A stretch of 64,000 bases of DNA from Sedimentisphaerales bacterium (GCA_963663805.2 CAXXMR010000003.1:160001-224000), one strand, 5' to 3'; positions 29,861 to 40,571 are shown, counted from the stretch's first letter. Numbers and translations: made by a program. Notes: generated by a model not told the origin, from the sequence alone.

Positions 29861-32425
29861 ATGCGAAAGGTTTGGGACGTGATTAAAAAAAAGCTGATGA
29901 CATTTTGGGTAGTTGGTTTACTCGCTATTACTTGTTGTGCTGATGATTTGCTGGTAGATTTTGAAGATGCAGGCGCAGAGAAGTATTTCGATAAGCCTGT
30001 GGAATATGCTCAGAATATCAATGGCAGGGCGCTGTCTGTTTCATCTTCGCAGATAATGCGGATGGGGCTGTCTGAAGAGATGAGTGCTTTTTCATTTTGG
30101 CTCAAACCTGTCTGGGGATGGAATGACGGCAGTAAGCATTATCTGGCTAAAGTTTATTTTGCCGATGGCCTGCGGGTTGAGCTGATTAAAGATGATCGCA
30201 ACTGGCTTTTGGGTTTGGTGCGACAGGGGAAAAAAAGGCGGGAATTCTCTGCGCAATTAGATTGGCAGGCAGGAACTCAGCATAATATTATGTTGTCCTG
30301 GAATGAGAATGACAATATTTTGAGCATCTATGCTGACGGAAGACGCGTTATTCAGGGCGATGTCAATTTTGTGGATAATTTTGCTTTTGACGGGAAAAAA
30401 GTTGAATTTGGCGACTGGGCTAATCCGCTTTATGCCCAGATTGATAATGTTCGTTTTTCCTCCCGAAGTTATTCCGGCGAATATGCCGATGACATTCGGC
30501 TGGAATATCGCCGGAAGAAATTAGAAGAGTTTTTGCAGAATAATCCCCAGGCTTTTGAAGATGTCAAATATAGAACTGCTGGTGCCGACGAACTGTCACA
30601 GTTGGAACGCCGGGCCGTGACCGTCCTCAATACCAGATGGGCCCAAAAGAATGATATTGATACTGATAGCATCTTTCTAAAGGCCGTTTCGTCCTTGGAT
30701 AAAATTCGTCCCGAGCCATTTTTGAACGAGGTTGAGTGGTCGAATAGCATTTCACTGCACGGTTGCCGAGGTCAGATTGCAACAGGTCAGTTTGTGGTCT
30801 TGCCGGAGAAAATGAAAGCGGCTGATTACGAAATTACTGTTACGAGTTTACAAGGACCAGTTGTTATCCCGGCCGATAAATTACGTCTGCGTAAAGTCTC
30901 TGCGGTAATGGTCCCTGCGGAAAATAATTATCCAACCGGAGATTTTAACCAGCATTTCCCGGACGCCTTATTACCTTCTGAAAAAGTTGAAAAGCTGACA
31001 GGGCAGACGTTAACAAATTTTTGGCTGGATACCGAGATTGACCATGGTCAGACAGCAGGAAAATATGCTGGCCGGATTATTGTCTCTAATGGCAATAGTA
31101 AAGTGGAGTTGCCCATATCGCTTGAGGTCTATCCGATTACTCTCCCGAAGCGGAAAACGCTGAGGACTTCTTTCGGATTTACACCCAGTTTTCTGGGGCG
31201 GGTCATGCGAATTGCCGGGGATGAGTTGGCGGCAATGAGCGACAAGTATGTAAAAAATATGCTTGAGCATCACATGACGCCCAAAAGTTTTTTACGTAAT
31301 GATGATGAACTGGTTTTTATGGCTGAGGTTTTCCGAAAAAACGGCGAAACCCTTGGTATGACGCTTGATGATTTGCCGGACGAAAAGCTGCTCTGGCAGG
31401 CTGATGCCGAATTTTTGCGCCCGAGATATATGGTAGATGAAAATGGCGATTATCAAATTGATTTTACCCAATACGATCAGCAGGTGGAACGATATCTGGA
31501 TCATGGCTTGAACACGATTCTGGTTAATACCAGAAAATGGGCCGGCAAATATATTACCGGCAAGAGCAATTACAATCTGGTCCGGTGGATGGCATTGCCC
31601 GGAAGTGATCAGATCAGGAAGATTGAAATAGAACCTTTTTCGGACGAATATTTCAAGCTGGCAAACCAGACCTTTGCGACCTGGGAAGAACATTTAAAGC
31701 AGAAGGACTGGCCGGTGACACCCTTTTCATATTTTTATGACGAACCAAGCCCGAATGTCTTTGATAATTCTAAAATTATGTGCGAGCTAATCAATAAGCA
31801 ATCGCCTTCAACAAAATACATGATAACCTTCCATATGGATCCAACCGATGCGGTGGGGGAGTTGGATGTTTATACCATGAGGCATGATCTTGTTACCAAA
31901 ACGATTGTTGAGCAATGCCAAAAGAGTCCTCAGGAACTCTGGTTATATTCATGTGTAAGCCCGGAAAGGCCCTACCCTGGGGTTATGATAACCCATAGCG
32001 GGGTAGATAATCTGCTGGCCGGCTGGCTGTGTTGGCGGTTTGGCGCGACAGGCTTTTTGTACTATGAAGTCAATATCTATTTGAGCCCCGACCCCATGAG
32101 ACAGCCCATAGCATGGTCTTCCCTGAGACGTAAAGGCGGACTGGGCTGGGGCGACGGCCTGTTGTTTTATCCCGGCCCGGATGGTCCGATTGACAGCATA
32201 CGTTCCGAATTGCTGAGGCTGGGGATTGAGGATTATGAGTTGTTTGTTATGTTGAGAGATAAAATAGAATCCGCAAAACAAAGTGGAGTAGCTATCGACA
32301 GCAATATTGAGCAACTTCTGGATTTGAATAATGATATTCAATGGACCAATCGCTATCGACGGGACAGCAGATTTTATGAGCAAAGGCGATTGGAAGTGAT
32401 GCGGGCAATTTGTAATTTGCAATGA
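29861..32425 (+). CDS. LamG-like domain + GH123-related/DUF4091 glycoside hydrolase
   Basis: FSFWLKP..W..HN...SW..IYADG; FYDEP catalytic-type motif; GATGFLYY..GDGLLFYPG..SIR.ELLRLGIEDYE. Confidence 0.75.
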   Translation: MRKVWDVIKKKLMTFWVVGLLAITCCADDLLVDFEDAGAEKYFDKPVEYAQNINGRALSVSSSQIMRMGLSEEMSAFSFWLKPVWGWNDGSKHYLAKVYFADGLRVELIKDDRNWLLGLVRQGKKRREFSAQLDWQAGTQHNIMLSWNENDNILSIYADGRRVIQGDVNFVDNFAFDGKKVEFGDWANPLYAQIDNVRFSSRSYSGEYADDIRLEYRRKKLEEFLQNNPQAFEDVKYRTAGADELSQLERRAVTVLNTRWAQKNDIDTDSIFLKAVSSLDKIRPEPFLNEVEWSNSISLHGCRGQIATGQFVVLPEKMKAADYEITVTSLQGPVVIPADKLRLRKVSAVMVPAENNYPTGDFNQHFPDALLPSEKVEKLTGQTLTNFWLDTEIDHGQTAGKYAGRIIVSNGNSKVELPISLEVYPITLPKRKTLRTSFGFTPSFLGRVMRIAGDELAAMSDKYVKNMLEHHMTPKSFLRNDDELVFMAEVFRKNGETLGMTLDDLPDEKLLWQADAEFLRPRYMVDENGDYQIDFTQYDQQVERYLDHGLNTILVNTRKWAGKYITGKSNYNLVRWMALPGSDQIRKIEIEPFSDEYFKLANQTFATWEEHLKQKDWPVTPFSYFYDEPSPNVFDNSKIMCELINKQSPSTKYMITFHMDPTDAVGELDVYTMRHDLVTKTIVEQCQKSPQELWLYSCVSPERPYPGVMITHSGVDNLLAGWLCWRFGATGFLYYEVNIYLSPDPMRQPIAWSSLRRKGGLGWGDGLLFYPGPDGPIDSIRSELLRLGIEDYELFVMLRDKIESAKQSGVAIDSNIEQLLDLNNDIQWTNRYRRDSRFYEQRRLEVMRAICNLQ

Positions 32426-32481
32426 TTCCGGAATTTGTTGCTGGATTGGATACGATAAGTTTGTAAACAAAAGGGTTTTGA

Positions 32482-34431
32482 ATGAATTTACATTCTGTAG
32501 ATTGGCTGATCGTTTTTGGTACGCTTTTGTCTTTTATGGTTTTGGCCTGGTATACAAAGCGTTATATGAGGAGCGTGGCTGATTTTCTGGCGGCGAACAG
32601 GTGCGGCGGGCGGTATATGCTTGGTGTGGCTGAAGGCGCGGCAACTATGGGGGCGATCAGTATAATCGCTCAGTTTGAAATTTTTTATCAAGCGGGGTTT
32701 TCTGCTAACTGGTGGTTGATGATGACAGAACCGATCTGGTTGTTCATTGCACTTATCGGTTGGATTTATTATCGTTTTCGAGAAACACGCTGCTTTACGC
32801 TGGCTCAATTCTTTGAGGTGCGCTATAGTAAAAGCTTTCGGGTGTTTTGTGGTATTTTGGGGTTTCTGGCAGGTACGATTAATTTCGGTATTTTTCCTGC
32901 GGTTGGCTCACGTTTTTTTATATACTTTTGCGGCTTGCCTCAAAGTGTGTTGCTGGTGGGGATGGAAGTGCCGACTTTTATTTTGGTAATGCTGGGTCTT
33001 TTGGGCATGTCCTTGTTTTTTGTTTTTATTAGTGGCCAAATTTCAATTATGGTAACGGATTTCTTTCAGGGTATTTTGATGTACCTGGCATTCGCGGTCA
33101 TGGCTGTTTATTTGGTCCTGACCTTTGATTTTTCAGATGTAATAGGTACGCTGGCTCTGGCAGAAGAAGGCAAGTCGATGATAAATCCCTTCAAGTCTAG
33201 CAAGGCAGATGATTTTGATGTTTGGTTTTATTTGATTGAAGTTTTTGCCATGTTTTACACCTGTATGGCCTGGCAGGGTAGGGGTAGCTATAATTCTTCA
33301 GCCAAAAATGCCCACGAAGCCAAAATGGGCAAAGTTATCGGTGGATGGAGAACCATCGTGATTGGCATGGTCCTGGTTTATCTGCCGATATGTGCTTATG
33401 TGGTAATGCACAATCCTAAATATTCCACAACTGCTACGGAGGTTACAAATGTATTGGCAACGGTTGATAACTCGTATTTACAGGAGCAATTGACAACTTC
33501 GATTGTCCTGGCGAAAATATTACCGGTGGGCATACTTGGCATATTTGCGGCAATGATGCTGGCGGCTTTTATCAGCACGCACGACACGTATCTGCATTCC
33601 TGGGGCAGTATTTTTATTCAGGACGTAATTTTGCCTTTCCGCAAAAAGCCTTTTACTCCCAGGCAGCATATTATTTTATTGCGACTTTCTATTTTAATGG
33701 TGGCGATATTTATATTTCTATTTAGTTGTCTGTTTGTGCAGCGAATCAATATTGTTTACTTTTTCAGGGTTACCGGGGCAATTTTCGTCGGCGGCGTTGG
33801 TGCGGTGATCATTGGTGGTCTTTATTGGAAGAGAGGTTCAACTGCTGCTGCCTGGACGGCAATGATAAGTGGGTCAGTGATTGCTACAGTTGGGACGGTT
33901 TTGCAGCATCTTTGGCCCAGCCTTTATGGGAAAGATTTTCCGATCAACGGACAATATGTTTCCATGATTGCTATGGTAGTTGCCATTGGGTTGTATGTGA
34001 TTATATCCTTAGGTGGTAAGACGAATTTTAATATGTCTCAGCTGCTGCACCGTAAGGAACAGGCTTTCAGGGACAAGCCTGTTCGGGGCTGGAAAGCTTT
34101 GGTTACAGATGAGTTTAGTCGTTCAGACAAGATAATCTATGGGATTATGATAAGCTGGGTGATTGGCTGGACGTTGGTTTTTTTTGTTGGAACTATTGCT
34201 AACTTTGCTCTGAAAGATGGGATACCAGATGACTTTTGGACAAAATTCTGGAAGTTCAAAGTTTGGCTGGCATGTTTTGTTTCTATTATTACCGCAATAT
34301 GGTTTACGATTGGCGGTGTTATGGATGTCAGAGAAATGTTCAAAACCTTAGCTACTGTTAAACGCAATGCTCTCGATAGCGGAATAGTAGCAGGCAATAA
34401 AAATCTTGACGAATGTGAAACTGACAAATAA
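32482..34431 (+). CDS. Sodium:solute symporter (SSS family)
   Basis: Multi-TM; DWLIV, SVADFLAANR, TLAQFFEVRYS, MLAAFIST.D, GGLYWKR. Confidence 0.9.
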   Translation: MNLHSVDWLIVFGTLLSFMVLAWYTKRYMRSVADFLAANRCGGRYMLGVAEGAATMGAISIIAQFEIFYQAGFSANWWLMMTEPIWLFIALIGWIYYRFRETRCFTLAQFFEVRYSKSFRVFCGILGFLAGTINFGIFPAVGSRFFIYFCGLPQSVLLVGMEVPTFILVMLGLLGMSLFFVFISGQISIMVTDFFQGILMYLAFAVMAVYLVLTFDFSDVIGTLALAEEGKSMINPFKSSKADDFDVWFYLIEVFAMFYTCMAWQGRGSYNSSAKNAHEAKMGKVIGGWRTIVIGMVLVYLPICAYVVMHNPKYSTTATEVTNVLATVDNSYLQEQLTTSIVLAKILPVGILGIFAAMMLAAFISTHDTYLHSWGSIFIQDVILPFRKKPFTPRQHIILLRLSILMVAIFIFLFSCLFVQRINIVYFFRVTGAIFVGGVGAVIIGGLYWKRGSTAAAWTAMISGSVIATVGTVLQHLWPSLYGKDFPINGQYVSMIAMVVAIGLYVIISLGGKTNFNMSQLLHRKEQAFRDKPVRGWKALVTDEFSRSDKIIYGIMISWVIGWTLVFFVGTIANFALKDGIPDDFWTKFWKFKVWLACFVSIITAIWFTIGGVMDVREMFKTLATVKRNALDSGIVAGNKNLDECETDK

Positions 34432-34876
34432 CTGGATTGAGGCAATGAGCTCAATTTTTTAATGGCCCCTGAAATTTTCGCCGACAACCCTGCGCTTCTG
34501 CCATGTATATGTAACGGCCCTATATAATCACCTGGATGAACCGATTTTACTTGAAAAAGCCTGTGCTTTACATGGTATCGGTGCGCCTTGATATAAGCTT
34601 CTCTCGTAATGATCGATGTTGTGAACTTCCCCTGAAACAGCAAGCGATTTAGTCTGAATTTTCTGGGCTGTCACATTTGGGATATAGGATTTTGGTTACA
34701 TGAAACAATTAATAATTTACGCATATAAATTTTTTGTCGGCAAGGAGGTTTTCGACTTTCCATAATTATCGATATAGAAATAAATATTGCTGCCAAACAC
34801 CATGACCCATCTTCATGTTCGTTAGTCAGAAATGATTCACAATCACTTTATACTTTTAATTGAAAGGTACTATGCA

Positions 34877-37800
34877 ATGAAGAATGTTCAAATTTTGGGG
34901 CTGTCAGTTGTATTTTTCTTTGCGCTTTATGGAACAGTTTTTGGCCTGAGTATCGCGGCAGTTATGAATGATGGCCAGGGTGATTTCGATCCCTGGAATA
35001 CCACACGCTGGGCAAATTGGTATGACGCCAATGGTAATCTTGTTTATAGATTTGACATTGATTGTTCGATCGATTTTGCCACTAGATCGACCCCTTGGGT
35101 GATTGATTTGTCTAATATGGAAGGAGGTTCGACGCAAAGGCTTTTTAATATAACAACAGAGGCCACTTCTGTTGAGATAGATGGTAATGGGCTGGTTATT
35201 GATGCCAGAATAGACACTAACGCCAACGACATTACAGACTACGATTTTAACTGGACTACAAATACATCTACTAAAATTGGCGCTTGGCGTGCCTTTATGT
35301 TCGACCAGAAAACCTCTGCGACATCTCCCACGACGGTACATAATCTGACTCTCATGGGCTTCAGGGTCTGTTTTGAATTTTCCTGGGCCCATAGAAGAGA
35401 AGTGACAATCTATGATAATACTACCGCATATAATCTTTACGCTGTCTTTGCTCGGGGTGAAAATGTCACAGTTCAGTACAATAGTTTTACCAAAAGTTAT
35501 CTGGCTGCGGTATATTGTGAAAAAGCAACCGCTAACTGGACCTTTTACGATAACGAATTTCAAGATAATGCTGTCAAAGGTACTCTGACGTATGCGGACA
35601 TACTGCTTGATGCCTGTCACGACCATGAGATAACCTATAATGAATTTCTGGCCTCAACTTACAGTCCTGTCGAACCCTATCATACGGCGATCTCCATCTT
35701 CCGCAACAGAGGCGAGAATTATGATATAAGGCGGTATTCCTCCCGGGATCATTTTATCTCCGATAATACTTTTGCCGGTTATCACATCGCAATTGATATT
35801 TGTAACCGGGAAGGCGGAGTCAGTAATAATGACAAGGAAAGTGAGTCGAGATGCTATACGAATGATATTACGGTAATGGACAACGAACTCTCAAATTGTG
35901 ATATCGGAATTCTTTGCCGGGGCAGTTACAATTACTTTGAAAATAACAGTTTTTATAATTGTTCCTATCCGATGGCGTTTTATTGCCCCTTTTATAAAAA
36001 TGTTGAAAATGTCATCGCTGACCAATACACAACAAATGTGTCATTGTGGGCCGTAGAATCTGATATCCCTTCTTCTGTGCTTCCGTATTTATCCTATACC
36101 GGCTCGGCTTTGAACAGGGCTTATTATGTGCCCAAGTCAGAAAAATTGTTCCATATACGTTCTGACGGCAGTGCCACTATATCTAGCCCCAGCCCGGCGA
36201 CAAGGATTATTGCCGACTCGCTTCTAATACCGGACACCGGAACAAATGATTTGCAGGACTTCTATGACAATGGCGGCAGGCCCATTGATGTTGCTGTTGG
36301 TAATTTTTCACAGGTGGTACCGGGTGATGAAATTGCCGTAATCTGGGATGATCCGGTTTCGCAATACAGTGTGGACCATTATTATACTATCATTATTTAT
36401 GATTGCAGAGGTGTTGAACTGGACCGTTGCGGCAGAAGTGCTGATAGATGGGATAAAATAGTTGCCGGCGATTTCCTGCCGGAAGCGGAATATGACTGGT
36501 GGCATGTACTTGAAGATGAGATTGCGGCTGTTTCGTCATTACCTGACGAAAATGGACATTATCCGATATATATTTTCCAGAGAGGAATAAAAGAGCCGGT
36601 TCTAACCCTGGCAGAAAACAATGACTACCCCGTAATATCGATGGTTAGCGGTAATTTCTATGTTGACCAGGTAACTCTCGGAGATTATGGATATATTGAT
36701 TTTGAGGAAATTAGTTATATCGTAGAACAGCCTTCGCCCGACTATATCAAAACGATCAAGCCTGCCGACCCTAATTATTCAGATAATTCGTATATTGGCG
36801 GCATTCCATATATAGATATGGCATCAGGAAATTTCGACGCTAATGACACAAATGGCGAAGAAATTGCCGGGATAAGGTCGCCCGATGCGTCCACCATGCT
36901 GGTTGCCGCATGGGATTTCGAATCCGCCGACGGAGGACCGTTGGCGGATAAAGCCCCATCTGGAAATGTAGCAGATAATTTATCTGTTGTGGGTAATCTC
37001 TCTGTCAGTAATGGCAAGGCGACGTTCTCGGTGGGTAATGCCGGGGCTCTTAAAGCTCTGGACTCAGATGATCTTGATCTGACCGGAGATTTTACTATTT
37101 GGGTAAGAGCAAAGGTAATGACGGACCCGACATACTATTTGTTCCTTGTGGATAAAAGGCGATTTTCACCTCAGGCACGCTCATATGGTTTCTTTGTAAA
37201 TTGTCCTAACAATGTGGAAGGTGGCCCTGTGGCCAATAATTATGGGCTTGGTGGACAAATCTGCCAGGATGGTGTTTCCGGTCAAAATGAAATATGGGAT
37301 GTTAACGGAGCTGAAGTAGTTCCTACCGGAGTAACCAGAGAATTAGTAATGCGATGTCGGGATAAAGGAGCATTGCAAGTCGAGTGGTTTGTCTCAACTG
37401 TATCTTCTCCCTACTCAGTTTTTCATTGGCAACGTGTGAACGGCATGACTTGCCAGGAAAATGTAAGATCTATTTTTAGCGGAGCTGGGGACCTTTATAT
37501 TGGTAATAATGTTAACATCAGCTATCCCAGTGCGACGGTGGAATATGAAGAAGTTCGTGTCTATAAAGGTGCTTTAAGTATGAGAGAGTTGGCTTTAATA
37601 GTACCGGCTGATCCGGACAGGGTGTCTGATAGTTCGTTCCCCGTTTACGTACACAGGATCGGTTCTTCAGCTTATACGACTTTTGAGAATAATCAAACTG
37701 TGTCGTGGCGTTGTATTGCTGGTGGCGATTTCCTGCCCGGCAATAGTTATGATGAAATCGCGTTGATAAGTTCGAATACGATTAATTCATATTATAATGT

Positions 37801-38092
37801 TGATTATTATCTGCTGGGCAGTAACTACAAAACCTCAACTTACAGCGTTATGACAGAAACACCACTCTGCGTTGATGTTGGGGATTTTAGCTTGGAAACC
37901 TCTCTTGACCGCTATGACAGCTACAGCGGCGATTCTACCAGTGATTATGGCAGTGAAATAAGCAGTTGGGGCGATCATCTTACTGTTTTGCCCGCGAACG
38001 GACACACCAGTTCATCTATTCCCGTTTATTTATTATCATCCGATTCTAATCCAAACAAACAACATAAGAGAATGATTCCATTTTTGAGATAA
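34877..38092 (+). CDS. Large secreted beta-helix/FG-GAP-like/LamG protein, paralogue of 26504 lacking the dockerin insert
   Basis: Shared blocks DGQGDFDPWN.TRWA.WY, YHTAIS..RNRGEN, PGDEIA.IWDDPVS, DKGALQVEW, NGMT.QENVR. Confidence 0.8.
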   Translation: MKNVQILGLSVVFFFALYGTVFGLSIAAVMNDGQGDFDPWNTTRWANWYDANGNLVYRFDIDCSIDFATRSTPWVIDLSNMEGGSTQRLFNITTEATSVEIDGNGLVIDARIDTNANDITDYDFNWTTNTSTKIGAWRAFMFDQKTSATSPTTVHNLTLMGFRVCFEFSWAHRREVTIYDNTTAYNLYAVFARGENVTVQYNSFTKSYLAAVYCEKATANWTFYDNEFQDNAVKGTLTYADILLDACHDHEITYNEFLASTYSPVEPYHTAISIFRNRGENYDIRRYSSRDHFISDNTFAGYHIAIDICNREGGVSNNDKESESRCYTNDITVMDNELSNCDIGILCRGSYNYFENNSFYNCSYPMAFYCPFYKNVENVIADQYTTNVSLWAVESDIPSSVLPYLSYTGSALNRAYYVPKSEKLFHIRSDGSATISSPSPATRIIADSLLIPDTGTNDLQDFYDNGGRPIDVAVGNFSQVVPGDEIAVIWDDPVSQYSVDHYYTIIIYDCRGVELDRCGRSADRWDKIVAGDFLPEAEYDWWHVLEDEIAAVSSLPDENGHYPIYIFQRGIKEPVLTLAENNDYPVISMVSGNFYVDQVTLGDYGYIDFEEISYIVEQPSPDYIKTIKPADPNYSDNSYIGGIPYIDMASGNFDANDTNGEEIAGIRSPDASTMLVAAWDFESADGGPLADKAPSGNVADNLSVVGNLSVSNGKATFSVGNAGALKALDSDDLDLTGDFTIWVRAKVMTDPTYYLFLVDKRRFSPQARSYGFFVNCPNNVEGGPVANNYGLGGQICQDGVSGQNEIWDVNGAEVVPTGVTRELVMRCRDKGALQVEWFVSTVSSPYSVFHWQRVNGMTCQENVRSIFSGAGDLYIGNNVNISYPSATVEYEEVRVYKGALSMRELALIVPADPDRVSDSSFPVYVHRIGSSAYTTFENNQTVSWRCIAGGDFLPGNSYDEIALISSNTINSYYNVDYYLLGSNYKTSTYSVMTETPLCVDVGDFSLETSLDRYDSYSGDSTSDYGSEISSWGDHLTVLPANGHTSSSIPVYLLSSDSNPNKQHKRMIPFLR

Positions 38093-38118
38093 ACGTGTTT
38101 TTGATTTGATGGATTATT

Positions 38119-38167
38119 AATTTAGCAGGCTCAACGGGTATATAAACCGAGTTGAGCCTGCTAAATT
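38119..38167. terminator. Bidirectional terminator-like hairpin ending the glycan locus
   Basis: Perfect 17-bp IR aatttagcaggctcaac / gttgagcctgctaaatt. Confidence 0.75.
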
Positions 38168-38274
38168 TACCATTGTCTTACTCAATAATTCGTACTTGTT
38201 GAAATCCAACGACTTATGTAAATCAGTCAAATTTTCCGGGCCGGACTTTTCCGCGATTAAACGCTGCTATTTGG

Positions 38275-38376
38275 CTCCCCGAAACATACGAATTTCGGAA
38301 TTGCTAAAATGATTAACGGCCATGTGTCCAACTCGGGACCCCGAAGCCAACCAAAAAAGCCTGCGCTCTACGTTTT
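38275..38376 (+). repeat. 102-bp direct repeat, copy 2
   Basis: 100/102 identical to 14802-14903. Confidence 0.95.
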
Positions 38377-38437
38377 GTAAGATATTGGAATTGTTATGTT
38401 TATGAAAATATGTGTTTCCGGGACTATTTTTAGCCCC

Positions 38438-38713
38438 TTACCCCCCTACCGTGGGAATCTTCCCCAATATGTGCCTACCGAGCGGCTTAGCCTTAACCGC
38501 CAACCTGCGCTTCTGCGAATCGTTAAGGAGCAGACGCTTACAGTCATACTCGTCCCGAAGGACTTCCCGAAGTATCCGGACTTCCTCCTGGCAATAGTCC
38601 AGCGATTGCTGCTGTTTGAGCAGAGCATCCCGAGCCGCCTTGTCGCTGAGCCCGGCTATCAATGCCATGAAATATGTATATGTTTTTCGTATCATGGGGG
38701 CATTATATCTCAA
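38438..38713 (-). pseudogene. Truncated N-terminal fragment of a planctomycete-type rve integrase
   Basis: LDYCQEEVRILRE...KRLLLNDSQKRRLAVKAKPLGR resembles the N-terminus of these integrases; no catalytic core follows. Confidence 0.6.
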
Positions 38714-38917
38714 ATAGAATCAAGGACAATATTTACATGCGAAACGGCCAGAAAACCCCTACTGTACCAATCTGCGCGAATTTCACGTTTAACAGACGAG
38801 TCTGCCAATAATCCGATGTTTAACTATTTAGCCTTCTTCGATACTCTTAATAACAAGTACACTTGAGCCTTGTCATTTCACCTGTATAAAAAGTTCAATT
38901 ATTTTTTGTTTTAGCGA

Positions 38918-38945
38918 TTGACAGTTTTAAAAAACATGCTATAAA
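38918..38945 (+). promoter_or_regulatory. Promoter of the riboswitch operon
   Basis: TTGACA-N16-TATAAA with TGn extended -10. Confidence 0.65.
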
Positions 38946-38969
38946 AGTATTAAGCTCTTTGAAAAAAAG

Positions 38970-39152
38970 CTTTCAAGGAAGGTAAAGTGTTTTTAAAAAG
39001 CACTTGCAGGGAATGCGGTGAAATTCCGCGACGGTCGCGCCGCTGTGATCGTTCGCCTCGGCAGAATGTCGGGAACCCTGATAACTTATGCCACTGCTAC
39101 GATTTAGCGGGAAGGCGTTGTCAGGCAGGACGAGAGTCAGAATACCTGTTTT
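38970..39152 (+). ncRNA. Cobalamin riboswitch
   Basis: AGGGAA-TGCGGTGAAATTCCGCG-ACGGTCGCGCCGCTGT (from 39008), GCCACTG (39090), GGGAAGGC (39109), B12 box AGTCAGAATACCTG (39135-39148); cob genes downstream. Confidence 0.93.
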
Positions 39153-39242
39153 ATATGGATTGAAAAATAAGTTCTCGCGTAAAGAACAGCATTTATTCGG
39201 ATTGTGTCGTATAGTATTTATAATCCGAACACCAGCAGGTTG

Positions 39243-39280
39243 AAAACCGTTGTTCCTTATGCGGGAACAGCGGTTTTTTA
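39243..39280 (+). terminator. Intrinsic terminator, likely riboswitch expression platform
   Basis: aaaaccgttgttcc-ttatgcg-ggaacagcggtttttt hairpin with U-tract. Confidence 0.75.
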
Positions 39281-39603
39281 TTTGGACATATAGAAAGGTG
39301 AGCTATAGAAAATAAGTAATAATGAGGCGCCGACACGATGCCGACGCCCCTAAGAGAAACCGGTTGGGCTTCCCTTTAGCACCAGTCATTATAGTCCAAT
39401 CGGGCATTAAAGCAAAGAGATAACTTGCTTAGTTTTTCTCGAGGGAGTTATGCGCCTACTCTACAATTACCGCATCCTCTCTAGAAATATCTTGCCAAGG
39501 CCCAGAATGGAGGTGACGAAAATGCAACAAAAATGATAGTGTAAAAAAGTATAAGTTAAAAAACGTAAAAGTAACAACAAACTAGTATTTGGAGAAGGAA
39601 ATC

Positions 39604-40479
39604 ATGAAAAAAACAATTAGCTTTGGTATTTGTGTATTATTTTTTGTTTCCGCAGTTGCGTTCGCTTCGCCGTTTGCCACGCAAGTGGTAGATTTCGGGG
39701 GTGTTTTTGGCAACTCGCCTTATGATGACCCCGCGTCTGTACTTGGAAAACCTTCAACGGACTTCTATGATCCCTGGGGCGGCTGGTCCGGAGGCACTAC
39801 TGACAGAAAGGTCAAGTTGGTAGAGCCAGCTTATAATGTTGATCAGGCCAGCAAAAAACTCATCACGACGCTGAATGACTACAGCTATATCGTCGTCAGT
39901 TTCGATCACCAGGTGGAAGATGATCCGGCAAATCCCTATGGTATTGATTTTCTGGTGTTTGGAAACGCCTTTTATGTTGGAGACGGATTTGTCCACGACG
40001 GCACCGACATGGGTACATACATGCTGACAGGCGGTGCGTTTACGGAAGATGTCTTGGTCTCCGTCAGTCAGGATGGTCAAAACTGGTACACTTATCAGAA
40101 CGGGCCTTACGGCGATACAGCATTCCCGACCCATGCTTACCAATGGGATCAAGCGCAATACAACGCCACCGGCGACGGCTGGACCAACGAACAGATGGAC
40201 TTCACCAAGCCGGTGAATCCTGCGTACAACGATACACTGATAAACGGAGGTATTTCCGGAGCCGATGCGATTGCTCTCTACGAAGGTTCCGGAGGCGGGA
40301 CAGGGTTTGACCTGGCCGAGTCCGGTTTTGAGTGGATTCAGTACATTAAAGTGGAAGGCACGACTGGATTTGCCGGTGGTGAGATCGATGCGTTTGCCGA
40401 CGTCGCCGTTCCCGAGCCGGCAACGATGGCGCTGCTGGGGCTGGGCGGGTTGATACTGAGAAGATATCGGAAGTATTAA
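39604..40479 (+). CDS. PEP-CTERM surface protein, candidate B12-binding (BtuH-like)
   Basis: SPFATQVV, YIVVSFDH.VEDD..NPYGIDFLVFGNAF, VSVSQDG..WY, GGTGFDL; VPEP-TM-RRYRKY; first gene after the riboswitch. Confidence 0.8.
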   Translation: MKKTISFGICVLFFVSAVAFASPFATQVVDFGGVFGNSPYDDPASVLGKPSTDFYDPWGGWSGGTTDRKVKLVEPAYNVDQASKKLITTLNDYSYIVVSFDHQVEDDPANPYGIDFLVFGNAFYVGDGFVHDGTDMGTYMLTGGAFTEDVLVSVSQDGQNWYTYQNGPYGDTAFPTHAYQWDQAQYNATGDGWTNEQMDFTKPVNPAYNDTLINGGISGADAIALYEGSGGGTGFDLAESGFEWIQYIKVEGTTGFAGGEIDAFADVAVPEPATMALLGLGGLILRRYRKY

Positions 40480-40571
40480 GTGTCTATTCATGTGTTAGCT
40501 GAAGCCTTGTTACATTTAAGCTTTTATTTGCTATGAACTTTTTTAATCCCCAAGAAATTATGAGGAAAATC

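Noticed and set aside
34540..34650. Minus-strand LFQGKF..II..EAY...RY resembling a REP-associated tyrosine transposase fragment
   Set aside because: Too short and degenerate, no HUH motif seen; cannot be supported without a search
38272..38300. tggctccccga as a possible minus-strand tRNA gene
   Set aside because: Only about 11 nt resemble a tRNA 3' end; no T-loop or cloverleaf follows
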